64,000 nucleotides of DNA from Octopus sinensis (lineage: Eukaryota), in NCBI RefSeq assembly GCF_006345805.1, contig NC_043002.1, positions 620,001 to 684,000 of the forward strand. Reading direction: 5' to 3'. The notes beneath the pieces were generated by a model. It did no database searches. It had not been told where the DNA came from and was given only the letters and a program-made list of their open reading frames with translations. This document shows positions 26,079 through 39,739 of the stretch, in pieces. Made by a program: the position numbers and the translations under genes. Positions within the stretch are counted from its first letter, which is position 1, and each line of letters opens with the position of its first letter.

Positions 26079-26361
26079 TTAGTGTACCAGAAAACTTTAT
26101 TGGATTCTGAAACAAAGAAAGGCCAGATTTTTGACAGTTTGGATTTCTATGAGGATTCTTTGATGAAGATTCTCCCTTTTGGAAGGACAGGGGAGCCTTT
26201 ATTGCTGCAGAAACCATTATTGCAGAATTTAGTAAGAGTCAAAGACCAAAATGAATGAAGGTTGCTACAAAATGCAGTTGTTTCAAAGTCGATCAACTTC
26301 AGTTTATTTTCCAAGTTATTGCAGCAAATTGTTGATTTTGATTCCAATGAGTTTATGTTCA

Positions 26362-28455
26362 TCATCATCATCGTTTAACGTCTGCTTTCCATGCTGGCAT
26401 GGGTTGGACGGTTCAACTGGGGTCTGGGAAGCCAGAAGGCTGCACCAGGCTCCAGTCTGATCTGGCAATGTTTCTACGGCTGGATGCCCTTCCTAACGCC
26501 AATCACTCCGTGAGTGTAGTGGGTGCTTTTTACGTGCCAGATGTGGCTGGCAAATGGCTATGAACGGATGGTGCTTTTTACGTGCCACTGGCACGAGGCC
26601 AGTCAGGGCGGCACTGGCAACGGCCACGTTTGGATGGTTCTCTTACGTGCCACCAGCACTGGTATCACAGCTGCAATTTCCATTGATGTTGATTGATTTT
26701 GATTTTCACTTGCCTCAACAGGTCTTCACAAGTAGAGTTTTGTGTCCCAAGAAGGAAAGGTATGCATACGTGGACTGGCACATCCCATGTAGAGACCACG
26801 GGTTATGTTCTCACTTGTCCTGCCGGGTCCTCTCATGCACAGCATACTTCCAATGGTCTCGGTCTCTAGTCATTTCCTCAGTGAGACCCGAAGTTCGAAG
26901 GTCATGCTTCACCACCTCGTCCCAGGTTTTCCTGGGTCTGCCTCTTCCACAGGTTCCCTCAACCGCTAGGGTGTGGGACTTTTTCACACAACTATCTTCA
27001 TCCATTCTCACCACATGACCATACCAGCGCAATCGTCTCTCTTGCACACCACAACTGATGCTTAGGTCCAGCTTTTCTCTCAAGGTACTTACACTCTGTC
27101 GAGTATGAACACTGACATTATACATCCATCGGAGCATACTGGCTTCATTTCTTGCGAGCTTACATATATCCTCAGCAGTTACGGCCCATGTTTCACTGCC
27201 ATGTAGCATGGCTGTTCGTACACATGCGTCATACAGTCTGCCTTTTACTCTGAGTGAGAGGCCTTTTGTCACCAGCAGGGGTAAGAGCTCTCTGAACTTT
27301 GCCCAAGCTATTCTTACTCTAGCAGTTACACTTTCAGCACCCCCCATCCCTACTGATTGGTCACCTAGGTAACGGAAGCTATCAACTATTTCTAGTTTTT
27401 CTCCCTGGAATGTGGCGGAAGTTGGTCTCAGAGCATTTTCAGTGTTTATTGCTCCTGAGCATCTGCCACATACAAAAACTATCTTCCTAGTTAGCCTTCC
27501 TTTGACATTGCTGCACCTCTTATGTGTCCATAGCTTACACTTGGTGCATCTTAGACTTCCTACCTATGCCTTTTCTACAGATCGAGCAGGGCCATCTACC
27601 TGAAGGCGTTTGTGATTTGTCGACCTTCTTACTTATTAGGACTTTGGTTTTAGCTAGATTGACTCTAAGGCCCTTCGATTCTAATCCTTGCTTCCACGTC
27701 TGAAACTTCTCCTCCAGTTCTGATAGTGATTCAGCAATTAGAGCAAGGTCATCAGCATAGAGGAGCTCCCAGTGGCATCCTGTCTTGAATTCCTCCGTTA
27801 TTGCCTAGAGGACTATGATAAATAGGAGGGGGCTGAGAACTGAGCCTTGGTGGACCCCTACCTCTACCCGGAATTCTTCATTGTTCTCATTGCCAACCCT
27901 CACCTTACTAGTGGCATCCCTGTACATGGCTTGCATAGCTCTCACTAACCATTCATCTATCCCTAGTTTCCTCATTGACCACCAGATAAGGGATCGGGGG
28001 ACCCTGTTGAAGGCTTTCTCCATGTCAACAAGAGCCAGGTACAGGGACTCATCTTTGGATAGGTATTTCTCCTGCAGCTACCTTACCAGGAATATAGCAT
28101 CAGTAGTACTTTTCCCTGGCACGAAACCAAACTGCATCTCATCTAAACTAACTCTCTCTCTAATTAGTTGGGCTATGACCCTCTCCGTAACCTTCATTAC
28201 CTGATCCAACAAATGTATACCTCTGTAGTTATTTGTATCTAGGGCGTCACCTTTACCTTTGTAGCAGTTGACTATTATGCTGCTACACCAGTCATTGGAT
28301 ATGACTCCTTCGTGTATCACCTGGTTAACTATACGGGTGACTAGGCTATAGCCAACACTACCAGATATTTTGAACATCTCTGCAGTAATTCCTGATGGGC
28401 CTGGGGCTTTCCCTTTCTTCATGCTTCTAATTGCCTTAACTACCAAGGAACTGCA
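26362..28455 (-). mobile_element. 5'-truncated RTE LINE
   Basis: KAPGPSGITAEM, NYRGI, MQFGFVPGKSTTDAIF, GVHQGSVLSPLLF, PHD finger, C-terminal ORF 26811-27347, (GAT)n tail. Confidence 0.93.
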
Positions 28456-28684
28456 GTTGTAGTTGATAATAAAATCAATATTCTCATTTTCTTTTTATGA
28501 AAAATTATATTAGAAGGTAAGTTTTATTGTTTAGTTAATTGCCAAAATTTAATTTTCATTAGCTGATTGGAAAATCCATTAAAAAATTTAAAAAGTCAAC
28601 ATTTGTTAAAATGCCCAAACAATAACTTTATTCAAGTTAAATTTACTTCAAAAGAAAATTCCATTTCACGTGTTCACTGTAATG

Positions 28685-30045
28685 ATCATCATCATCATCA
28701 TCATCATCGTTTAACGTGCGCTTTCCATGCTAGCATGGGTTGGACGGTTCAACTGGAGTCTGGGAAGCCCGAAGGCAGCACCGGGCCAGTCAGATCTGGC
28801 AGTGTTTCTACAGCTGGATGCCCTTCCTAATGCCAACCACTCCGTGAGTTTAGTGGGTGCTTTTTATGTGCCACCGACACAGGTGCCAGACGAGGCTGGC
28901 GAACGGCCACGCTCGGATGGTGCTTTTTACGTGCCACCGGTATGAAGGCCAGGCGCGGCCACGATCGGATGGTGTTTGTTATGTGCCACCAGCATGGAGG
29001 CCAGTCGATGCAGTGCTGGCTACGGCCACGTTTTGATGGTTCTTTTATGTGCCACCGGCACTGGTACCACAAGGTACAAATTCCATTGATGTTGATCGAT
29101 TTGATTTGATTTTTTGATTCTTTGATTTTCACTTGCCTCAACAAGTCTTCACAAGTAGAGTTATGTGTCCCAAGAAGGGAAGGTATGCACAGGTGGACTG
29201 ACTACGTCCAAGGTAGGGGGCCACGGGTTATGGCCTCACTTGTCCTGCTGGGTCTTCTCACGCACAGCATACTTCCAAAGGTCTCGGTCTCTGGTCATTT
29301 CCTCGGTGAGACCTAAAGAGCGAAGGTCATGCTTCACCACCTCGTCCTAGGTTTTCCTGGGTCTACCTCTTCCACAGGTTCCCTCAACCGCTAGGGTGTG
29401 ACACTTTTTCACACAACTATCTTCATGCATTCTTACCATGTGTCCATACCAGCGTAGACGTCTCTCTTGCACACCACATCTGATGCTTCTTAGGTCCAGC
29501 TTTTCTCTCAAGGCACTTACACTCTGTCGAGTATGAATACTATCAACTACTTCTAGTTTTTCTCCCTGGAATGTGGCGGAAGATGGTCTCTGCGCATTTT
29601 CAGTGTTTATTGCACCAGAGCATCTGCCACATACAAAAACTATATTCCTAGTTAGCCTTCCTTTGACATTGCTGCACCTCTTATGTGTCCATAGCTTACA
29701 CTTGGTGCATCTTAGACTTCCTACCTATGCCTTTTCTACAGATCGAGCAGGGCCATCTACCTGAAGGCGTTTGTGATTTGTCTACCTTCTTACTTATTAG
29801 GACTTCGGTTTTAGCTAGATTGACTCTGAGGCCCTTCGATTCTAATCCTTGCTTCCACGTCTGAAACTTCTTCTCCAGTTCTGATAGTGATTCAGCAATT
29901 AGAGCAAGGTCATCAGCATAGAGGAGCTCCCAGGGTCATCCTGTCTTGAATTCCTCTGTTATTGCTTAGAGGACTATGATAAATAGGAGGGGGCTGAGGA
30001 CTGAGCCTTGGTGGACCGCAACCTCTACCTGGAATTCTTCACTAA
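28685..30045 (-). mobile_element. 5'-truncated RTE LINE with internal deletion near 29540
   Basis: 29540-30040 is nearly identical by eye to 27380-27900; 3' UTR and (GAT)n tail present. Confidence 0.9.
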
Positions 30046-30054
30046 ATAAATAAA

Positions 30055-30078
30055 ATAGTAATGATAATAATAATAATG

Positions 30079-30139
<61 letters not shown>

Positions 30140-30160
30140 TGATGATGATGATGATAATAA
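30055..30160. repeat. (TAA)n/(TGA)n microsatellite
   Basis: Direct reading. Confidence 0.95.
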
Positions 30161-30280
30161 TTTATTTATTTATTGCCCACAGGGGGCTAAACATAAAGGA
30201 AACAAACAAGCACAGACAAGGGGATTAAGTCGATTACATTGACCCCAGTGATTAACTGGTACTTATTTAATCGACCCCAA
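30160..30280 (-). mobile_element. 3' part of a SINE (family of 37982-38180)
   Basis: GGGGTCGATTAAATAAGTACCAGTT...GGGGTCAATGTAATCGACTTAATCCC. Confidence 0.65.
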
Positions 30281-30297
30281 AATAATAATAATAATAA

Positions 30298-30608
30298 TGA
30301 AAAGTTGAGAGATATGACAGGAAGTTAAGCAGTTGTGATCGATGAAAAAGGTGGTAGTAGTACCAATAATTGTCAGAGCCCTAGGAAAAGTGAGCAAAAA
30401 TCTCAGGAAGTACATGGAACAAATAGGGGATGTGATAAGGGTGGGGTGGAGCACTTGCAGAAAATAGCACAGCTTGGAACCGCTCAACTACTCTGGAAGG
30501 TGCTCGAAAAATAAGAGGTGTTACCTTAGTTCACTGGTAATGAACAGCTGACACCGTAGTACATCTCCAGCGTTAGAAGCTGTGCAAAGGCAATAATAAT
30601 AATAATAA
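30298..30608 (+). mobile_element. 3' end of an R4/Dong-like LINE embedded in (TAA)n
   Basis: VVVPIIVRALGKVSKNLRKYMEQIG...EHLQKIAQLGTAQLLWKVLEK* (VPIV.GALG and LQK...LGT...RKVL motifs); AATAAT repeats on both sides. Confidence 0.75.
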
Positions 30609-31020
30609 AGACAAAATAATTGTCTTTAAGCTTATTTTGTTTTCATTGTTTTAAGATTTTGTAGCTCTGTCTGATTGTCTGTCTGTCTGTGTGTCCTTTT
30701 GTTTCCATCTCCCTCTCTCTTTTTCTTTCCCTCCCTTTCTATTTCAATTGTTTTATTAAGGGTCAGACATTAATTTATTTCAAATTCACTTTTAAATTGT
30801 TGATAAGAGCCAGTCAGGCCACAACTAGTTTAGGATTTAAAATTTACCTTTAAATTTTGAACCGCTCTAATATATGTGTGCGTATTTTAATACTTCACTT
30901 AGGCATCGTGAGACTAATTACCTGGTGTAGAATCCAATATACACCTGGGCTGAAACAAAGACAGGTATAGAGTGGTAATAAGACAAAGAATGCATGCATG
31001 TACATACATACATACATACA

Positions 31021-31056
<36 letters not shown>

Positions 31057-33699
31057 TGCATGATGATGATGATGATATATATATATATACCCATTCATAA
31101 ATATATATAGAAATGGATGGATGGATGTGCAAACTAAAATATACTGGCATATATACACTGGCCATATAAGGCCGCATACCAAGACAGGTGTGAGCATATA
31201 CACTTGAATAGATATGTAAGAGGTAAATAAGACAGGTAAAATAGACACATTTTGAGAAAACCTGTGTCTAGGCATATAAAACATGGAAGCACATAGGCTG
31301 TGTTATGTGGAGCCTTCCATGCATGAACAGTTTTATGGCTACTTATGGAGACATGCTGTTTGTATTTTAATGCTTTTGTTTAGGAGTTATGACCATTATT
31401 CAGTAGGCTTCTGTTGAAGCTTTTATTTAACTGTGCCGGTAGTCCACATTTTTTAACAAGAAAAGAGTTGCAAGTAAAATTTATTTTCATTATGGATACA
31501 AATACAAACCCATTCAAAATTCTTTGGGATATAAGCTCAAAATGTGAAAGAACTCAATAGAGGAAACAGAGTTGAAATGAACACTAACTAGATCCATATT
31601 ATCAACATCCATAGCTACCCTTGTTTAAGAGTAATCTTCAGCACCAAATTACTGTTTGTGAGAAAATCTTTAAGAAAATCAGCCCCACAATTAAGAACAA
31701 TTCCTTCTTAACCCGAAGAACAATATTCTGACATTGAGAGAATGTTGAAGTCCATAGAAAACATGAAAAACATTTACTCTTTCACTCAATTTGACATCAC
31801 AAACTCTTTGCACCTCCCACCAAGAAACTACAACTAAACATTCTCTCTTTCATCTACGATCACCAAAGATAAATCATGAACCTGAGAAAATCCTTTCTTT
31901 TAATAACAGTAGATGAGTGAGAAAAAAGTTTATTGTCAACCTTAGATGTGGATGCATTGAGGTTTGTGACTTGAATGAATTGGTCATACTCAACCAACCA
32001 CATACAACATTTTCTTCCTTCGAATGAGTACTTAACCATGATGACAGATCCTTGATTCTTAAAGACATGAACTTCTCACTACAGAAAAATTAAGAAAAAC
32101 TCATCTGTTTGCTATAACAATTTCAACTATATGTCACCATTAAGAAAGACATAAAAAGTAAATTTCTTTCTCATTAGATTAAACTTTACTGATTCTGGGT
32201 GTATCTCTTAAAAATGCAATAGGTTTAGAGATAAAATATGTTACACAAAAAAACAGATAATGGTTCTAAGCTGATAACAAAAACCCACCATCCAACTTAC
32301 ACTAATAGCAAAATCCTTTCTCAAACACTTCCCAATCACAAATAAATGACACTTCTTCATCACAAACTCTCTCAAAGCTTCATTCTCTACATCCTCCAAC
32401 AATGCCAACTACATGAACATAAACACGTCCACCCCCCCAAAAAAAAAAACTAAACAACTAACTGCTTAAGTAACAACTAAATCCTCTGGAAATCCATACA
32501 TTGATCCAACATCCAATGGATGCAAACCATTGAAGCTCGTTCAGAACCATTAGCAAAATATCAGACATTAAATTGTCAAACCAAACATGGATCTTCTCAA
32601 AAACTCAAATACCACACACACACACACCTATTTCTGCAGCCTCAACTTCTACCAAGTTCAGACGGTCTCCAGCAAAAGAAATATATTTAGAAAAATCCAT
32701 TTACTTCACAAACCCCTGCTTGTAGTCTAGTGTAGCATCTTGACACTGAAGGTGAAGCATTATCTTAATATTAGTGCTTAAGGTATTCGACTCATTATCC
32801 TAATGTAATGGATTTGATTGCTTAACTGAGCAGAGCATTGCACCCTTGAGCAAGATACACCATTTCATATTGATTCAATCTGCTGGTGCAGCTTTTTCTC
32901 CTGCTATCACATCCTTTATGTTCCTCTGGGCCAAGAGTGGAAGGCCCAAGAGAGTATATCTACTCATGGCAATACAGGCCCCTAAAACAATTAGGGAAGG
33001 AGTATGAGCTACCATATCGTATTCACTGGCATTTAATGGTTAGGCATAAGACTGGACACAGCAGTTTGATAGTGGAATGCTGTTATTGTAGAATAACTGT
33101 GCGATCCTGCCTGCTGCTAAATTCTTCACTGACTCCCTTCCACCCACGGAAATGTTACAGAATCCATTTGTCACATGTTTGGAGTTGGAAAAGACTTTCA
33201 TTGAATAATATTTACAACTTTATATTTATTTTAGAATTGTACAAAATGCCTTTTGTCCCATTAGTTCTTCACATTAGTTTGATTCTTCATGAAATGTCAA
33301 ACCTCTGGAAGCAAAAGGAACAGGAATCATACACTTCAATACTTTATCCTTTATAAACGATGCTAATTTGACAACAGAGAAGCCATACAATAACTTTCTT
33401 TGAGCTGGAGTGAATATTCCAACAGGCGTCGGCAATGTTCCTCGCTATTTTGGGGTTCCACAATTACAATGCAGTCATTCCTGATGTAGCAAAAGAACAT
33501 TCTTTCTTGGGCAATAAGGAATTTGGGGACAACCTTTAAATGGTCGCAGTTTGATTTGCCTTCTTGTAAACTAATTCTTCTGCAGTTCATGGTTGAATAT
33601 TATTCTAATTAAATATTTTAATTAAATGTTTTAATTAAATAACTTTTCTGTGCTTTTTCTTTTCCCTTTGCACTTCGCTTCTTCGCTGCTCTGCAACAT

Positions 33700-33880
33700 T
33701 TTATCTTTTTTCATTTACTTGTTTTAGTCATGAGACTGTGGTCATGCTGGGGCACTAACTTCAAGAATTTTAGTTGAACAAATTCTATCGATCTCTTTTG
33801 CTGAACTGCTAAGTTATGGGGATGTAAACACACCAACACTGGTTGTCAAGCAGTTGTGGAGGACAAACACAGAGAGACAC
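33700..33880 (-). mobile_element. Partial decayed SINE (3' half)
   Basis: Inverted homologue of 34120-34318. Confidence 0.7.
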
Positions 33881-33916
33881 ACTTATAAATATATGCGTAT
33901 CTTTCTGTAGTAGTCA

Positions 33917-34318
33917 GGAGTGGCTGTGTGGTAAGAAGCTTGCTTCCCAACCACATGGTTCTGGGTTCTGTCCCACTGTGTGGCACTTTGAGTGTCTTCT
34001 ACTATAGCCTCAGGCCAACCAAAGCCTTGTGAGTGGATTTGGTAGACGGAAACTGAAAGAAGCCCGTCGTATATATATATATATATATATATGTGTGTAT
34101 GTGCGTGTATATGTTTGTGTGTCTGTGTTTGTCCCCCCCAACATCACTTGACAACCGATGATAGTGTGTTTACATCCCCATACCTTAGTGGTTCAGCAAA
34201 AGAGACTGATAGAATAAGTACTATGCTTACAAAGAATAAGTCCTGGGGTCGATTTGCTCGACTAAAGACGGTGCTCCAGCATGGCCACAGCCAAAGGACT
34301 GATACAAGTAAAAGAGTA
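33917..34318 (+). mobile_element. Full-length tRNA-derived SINE
   Basis: Same family as 24295-24700; head, internal TA/TG repeat and tail all visible. Confidence 0.85.
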
Positions 34319-35342
34319 CTAAGAAAGCCTCTATGTGATCACTCAACCTACTAGAAATAACAGCCAAATCTTACTCAGATCACATTGTACCTTATTAAAA
34401 AATGAAGGACTTATTGGATAAAGTAATTCTAAAAACAACTGAACAAAGAAAAAGAGAGGATAATTATTATTTGAATATTTTTGATTATAGTTCAATTTAT
34501 TGAAAGCTGATCAGGGATTAAACAACCATTCCACAAAATGAACCAAAGTGTGTGAGGGTGGTGAGAATAGAATTGTGAGTCTACAGATGGCTTACAGAAG
34601 TCAGAGAGTCTATGTAGGCTGGTCATTTCCTTTTCAGGACCAAATAAAGTCTTTGGTGCTCAGTTTAGCTGCTCTGAAGAAAGCACTCAGATTCTAAAAT
34701 GGGTCTCTTTGCAAAAGTAAATGGCAGGTTTTCACTGTTACTAAAAAAAAAAAGAGATAAGGGAAGACAACACACACACACACACACACACAAAGAGAAA
34801 GAAAACCCACAATAAATGAAAAGGTTAATTGAAGGTGTGAGTAAAGAAAATGAGGGTAGGGATTTTCTTCATGAACATAAAATGTCGCGAATTTGTACGG
34901 AAAGGAAAACGAGGCAGTATTTAAATAGTGCTTCTTTTATTGACCCAAGAGGAATGAAAAACAAAGTTGACCACTTCAGGATTTGAACTCAGAGCAGAAA
35001 GTGATGTAATTAAATACAGCAGTGTTTAATTACTATAACAAACTCTACTCCAGCTGCCTACTCCATCTTTAATTAAATCACAACTGTGGTACCTGTCTGT
35101 TTTGCTTCCTGAAACTTACATTAAATGTCTTTTAAGGACCCTCTACAAAGCTGCCGACATAGAATTGGTTCTTCAAACTCCTTCTCAGTTTTATTGACTT
35201 TCATTCTCTTCTTCATTCTTCACAACAACTCACTTTTACTCTGGACAATGCACAACCAACCTAATTGCTGTCTCACCAATATAAGAAGTTAAATCATTTC
35301 TGTTGGTTTTTCTAGATATCCACTTCAATGTCACCTATTGTT

Positions 35343-35806
35343 GACACCACCACCACCACCACCACCACCACCACCACCACCACCACCACTGCCGCCGCCA
35401 CCGCCACCACCACTACCACCACCACCACCACTACCACCACCACCACCACCACCACCACCACCACCACTGCTGCCGCCACCGCCACCACCACCACCACACT
35501 ACCACCACCACACCACCACCACCACCACCACCACCACCACCACACCACTACCACCACCACCACCACCACCACCACCACCACCACCACCACCACCACTGCT
35601 GCCGCCACCACCACCACCACTACCACCACCACCACCACTGCTGCCGCCACCGCCACCACCACTACCACCACCACCACCACCACCACCACCACCACTGCTG
35701 CCGCCACCACCACCACCACCACCACACCACTGCTGCCGCCACCACCACCACCACCACCACCACCACCACCGCCGCCGCCGCCGCCACCACCACCACCACC
35801 ACCACC

Positions 35807-35845
<39 letters not shown>

Positions 35846-35865
35846 ACTACCACCACCACCACTAC
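35343..35865. repeat. About 520-bp compound (CCA)n/(CCG)n/(CTG) trinucleotide array
   Basis: Direct reading; followed by a 45-bp RTE tail at 35878-35925. Confidence 0.95.
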
Positions 35866-36689
35866 AATATAATGAGCATACCCATGCTAGCATGGAAAGC
35901 GGACGTTAAACGATGATGATGATGAAGCTGTTATTTGCTACAATATAAATAGAATGGATAAAAATTTAAATTTTTATTCAGAAATTCTCTAAATATTTCT
36001 ACAAAATGAAAATAGAAATAGGTTAACCACAGTGAAAAGTAGGCTATCAGAGCTGTGGCTGCAGTAATGTATACCAAACGATCAGCTTATCATTTGTCTG
36101 TCATTTGATATTCTTTGTTTAGTATTACGTAGCATGTTTTCGTTAGAGACTTCATGAAAATTTTCTCCATGTTGACAATAACCTCTTTAAAAACAAACAG
36201 CAGCAGCAGCAGCCATAGTAGCAGCGTCAACAACAGGTGTGACATTGAAGTGGATATCCAAAAAAAAAAAAACAACCAACAAAATTTCTGACCTTATCGC
36301 CTTAAAAACTATGACCAACAAGTTGAGAGAATGGATTGCTTACATAAATGTTTCTGCCCAACCAACTAACAACTATCAACTAACAGTGATGAACATGAAA
36401 AAAAGTCATTTCAACTTCTTGCTAAATTGTTATTCAAATGTTCTAGAAAGTTTTGCCCAATGTAACAAAAAGCTAGCAATTTGAACGTCAGACTAGCACC
36501 AACTCAGGTTCCACCCAGAACTATGTCACTTTTGTTCTGTGAAATGGGATCCCATCTCTTATTGGCCCTTAAATAACGTAGCACTGAAAATACCTGTTCC
36601 ACAAAAATAAATTATCCTTGTATTTTAAAGTGGACATCCCTCCACCATTCTTTTGGTTATCTGCTTATTTTCTGTTATTTAATAACAAA

Positions 36690-36880
36690 TGCTGCCGGTG
36701 GCACGTAAAAAGCACCCACTACACTCACAGAGTGGTTGGCGTTAGGATGGGCATCCAGCCGTAGAAACATTGCCAGATCAGACTGGACCTGGTGCAGCCT
36801 TCTGGCTTCCCAGACCCCAGTTGAACCGTCCAACCCATGCTAGGATGGAAAGCGGACGCTAAACAATGATGATGATGATG
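36690..36880 (+). mobile_element. RTE LINE 3' UTR fragment
   Basis: GTGCCGGTGGCACGTAAAAAGCACC-like module through CGGACGCTAAACAATGATGATGAT. Confidence 0.85.
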
Positions 36881-37859
36881 ATAACTCTTAAAGTATTACC
36901 TACATCCTTACAGAAATATTTTTCAATATAATATAAATATACTTTCTACATCAGAGTATTTTCATTCTTGTCTATAAACACAATCTCTTAATTATCAGAA
37001 CCACAAGATGACATAAAAACCAACTCACAAACCAATACAGCACATGGCTTTAACAAATTTTGTGCAGAGTAGTATTTTACTAGAAAATTAATCAACATTG
37101 TATTCTTGGGCCTTCCCAAATACTTCAATATTTTAAAATATTCAATGATTTCTAAATTAAAATTTCAACTCAACTCTCACATGGATCTCTATTTATCATA
37201 ATGTGTTTTAAAAAAAGCAGTTTTCGTATGCAATAGAATTGCAGTTGGTCAAGAATATTGAGCAACAACACAAACGGATCTCATACTAACAGAAATCAAA
37301 TATTGAAAGACCCGTTTTAACAGCAATTGGGAGATATTGTAGTTCTTCAGCTGTCTCACAATGCAGACAGTTTCTTTGACTAACATTTTAGACTTTCAGT
37401 ATGGCTGTCATCATTTAACATAGAGATAAGGGGTGTACAGCTTGTCTATACTAATCTACAATTTTCTATTCTCCCACAAAAATTCTATGACAAGCACCAA
37501 ACCACTTGTCAAGGAAATCAGCCCAGGTTGTCGAGTCATGTGATCAGGCAATGAACAAAGATATAACAGTATATTTAATAACTATCATCTCTTTTACTCT
37601 CAATCCATCTTCCCTTCACTTAAACCCTTTTAAACTTAAATCTATCTTGCAAACCACAATTCCTTGGCTGGCTGAGCACTTTCTCCCAAAACACTATTAC
37701 CCTAACGCTCAATGCATTTCCTTTTATTCTCTTGCAGACTACACACACAGCTCAGTTATTTAATTATCTCTTAAAATACTAATTAATGAAGGACCACAAA
37801 ACAGTATAGATATATTTAACTGGTAACTCTTGGAGCCCAACTCACATCAGTGGAATTGT

Positions 37860-38845
37860 TCCATTTCCATCAATGGGGTGGTCACACTCACATCTATGAA
37901 ATGTGCCAATTCATACATATGAGACAGTGCCACTCATGCCTCTGGTCCTATTCAAACTTATGGGATGACCTCCAGCCACAAATACTCTTTTCAACTCTAG
38001 GCACAAGGCCTGAAATTTTGGAGGAGGAGGCCAGTCGATCGGATTGACCCCAGTACACAACTGGTACTTAATTTATTGACCTCGAAAGCAAGAAAGGCAA
38101 AGTCAACCTCGGCAGAATTTGAACTCACAAAATACCGCTAAGCATTTCGTCCAACATGCTAATGTTCCTGCCAGCTCGCCACCCCTTCCCAGCCACCCAT
38201 ATTAGATGATCACGCTAGTATCTATGGAATTGTTTAACTCACATGGGATCGTCACACTCATATCTCTGAGATTCTCTTACATCTATGTGATAGTCACACT
38301 CACATTTATGGAACGATCCAACCCACACCAATGGAATGAGCACAATAATGTCTCTTGAATGGTCCCACCCACACCTATGGGATGATCAAACCTGTAGCTA
38401 TTATACAATGGTCTCACTCACACCCACATCTATTGCAAGGTCCAAATGACATCTAAGGGATGACCCTACAAACATCTATGAGATGATCACACTCACATCT
38501 GTTGAATGGTCCCACTCACACTTATGGCATGGTGACACTCAAATTGTGGAATGGTCTCATCCACATCAATGAGATGATCCAACTTACACACGTATGGGAT
38601 GCTTCCACTCACATCTGTGAGATGGTCCCACTCACACCTATCAGATGTTCACACATCTAAGGGTTATTCATGTTCACATCCATGGAATGGTCCCACTCAC
38701 ATCCATGGGATTGTCACACTCACATCTGTAGAAGAGTCCCATTCATATCCATAGGTTGGTCCCATTTACATCTATGGAATGCTCCCACTCACAGCTATGG
38801 GATATGGTTCCACTATAGAGGATGTTCCATCTCACACGTATGAGC
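37860..38845. repeat. Degenerate ~23-25-bp minisatellite interrupted by a SINE
   Basis: Recurrent unit close to CTATGGGATGGTCCCACTCACAT. Confidence 0.8.
37982..38180 (-). mobile_element. tRNA-derived SINE with a MetaSINE-like central domain
   Basis: Head GGCGAGCTGGCAGG; GAGTTCAAATTCTGCC box B; GACTTTGCCTTTC..TTTCGAGGTCAATAAATTAAGTACCAG resembles the Meta domain from memory. Confidence 0.7.
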
Positions 38846-39039
38846 TTGTGTTGCTGCACCCTTTTCGCAAATTCAAAAAAGCTAATTCAGCTAATTGAAT
38901 AAGATTTTGTCCCCTCAGACTTCAGTCACTGATTCACAAATCTACTTTTCTTTTTTTTTTTTTTGTCCCCTGTTCTTTTTATGTTCCTTATTCAAACAAA
39001 TCATTTTCCTTCAACTTCTAACAAAGAATCTAGCATTAT

Positions 39040-39690
39040 TTATATTAGGGTGTTCAGAAAGTAATTGTGTTTTACCAGAAAGGATATAAAAGTTTATCCG
39101 AATAGTTTTAATCAAGAATGCAATCCGCATTGGTTCCGATGACCACATCCTGACTGGAAAGTCACTTTTTATGCCATTTTCAAAGAAACTGATTTCTTTT
39201 CCTGTAAGAAAAAATTTGAAAGACTATTTCTAACTTCCTCTCTGCTTCTGAATGTTTCATCTCCTCTTATAAAATGTTCCAGTGACTAGAACAGAGAACA
39301 GATGGAAATCTGTTAAGTTAGGTGAGTGTGGAGGATTTGGAAGAACTCTCATGCAAACGATTTTATTTTTCCTTGGGTTTGTTTTGAAGAGTGCGGCCAT
39401 GTATTGCCATGGTAACATCTTTCATGTTTACCAAAGCTGGTCACTTTCAATGTAATTTTTCATTTACACAATCAAGTTGTTGATAATAGACATCTGCCTT
39501 GATGGTCCTTCCATGTTCCAGTGGCTTGTAACGGACGATACCATTCATGTCCCACCAACACAGAGCAATGATTTCTGTGGATGGAATTCCAGTTTTGCCT
39601 CTCATTACCTGATAACCATTGTCTTTTTCATTTTCTGTTGTGAAGCAAAACCCTTTTGTCATCACCTGTAACAATGTGCTGCAGAAATGG
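39040..39690 (-). mobile_element. mariner transposase fragment (catalytic domain to 3' TIR)
   Basis: IVTGDDK; LCWWDMNGIVRYKPLEHGRTIKADVYYQQL; PPHSPNL; terminus TATTAGGGTGTTCAGAAAGTAATTG. Confidence 0.85.
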
Positions 39691-39739
39691 AAGAGTCAAG
39701 AGTGAGTCAGATGCAGTGTGAAGGGTGGGTGAGAAGTAG

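Noticed and set aside
31560-32600. Possible ancient LINE fragment on the minus strand
   Set aside because: Only vague motif resemblance; could not reconstruct a diagnostic motif
35312-35916. Four ~190-aa poly-T/P/H/V/G ORFs
   Set aside because: Stop-free by construction in a (CCA)n array; no splice or codon evidence
37860-38845. CRISPR-like appearance of the palindromic minisatellite and of the RTE UTR modules
   Set aside because: No unique spacers of regular length, units highly degenerate, no cas genes, eukaryotic context
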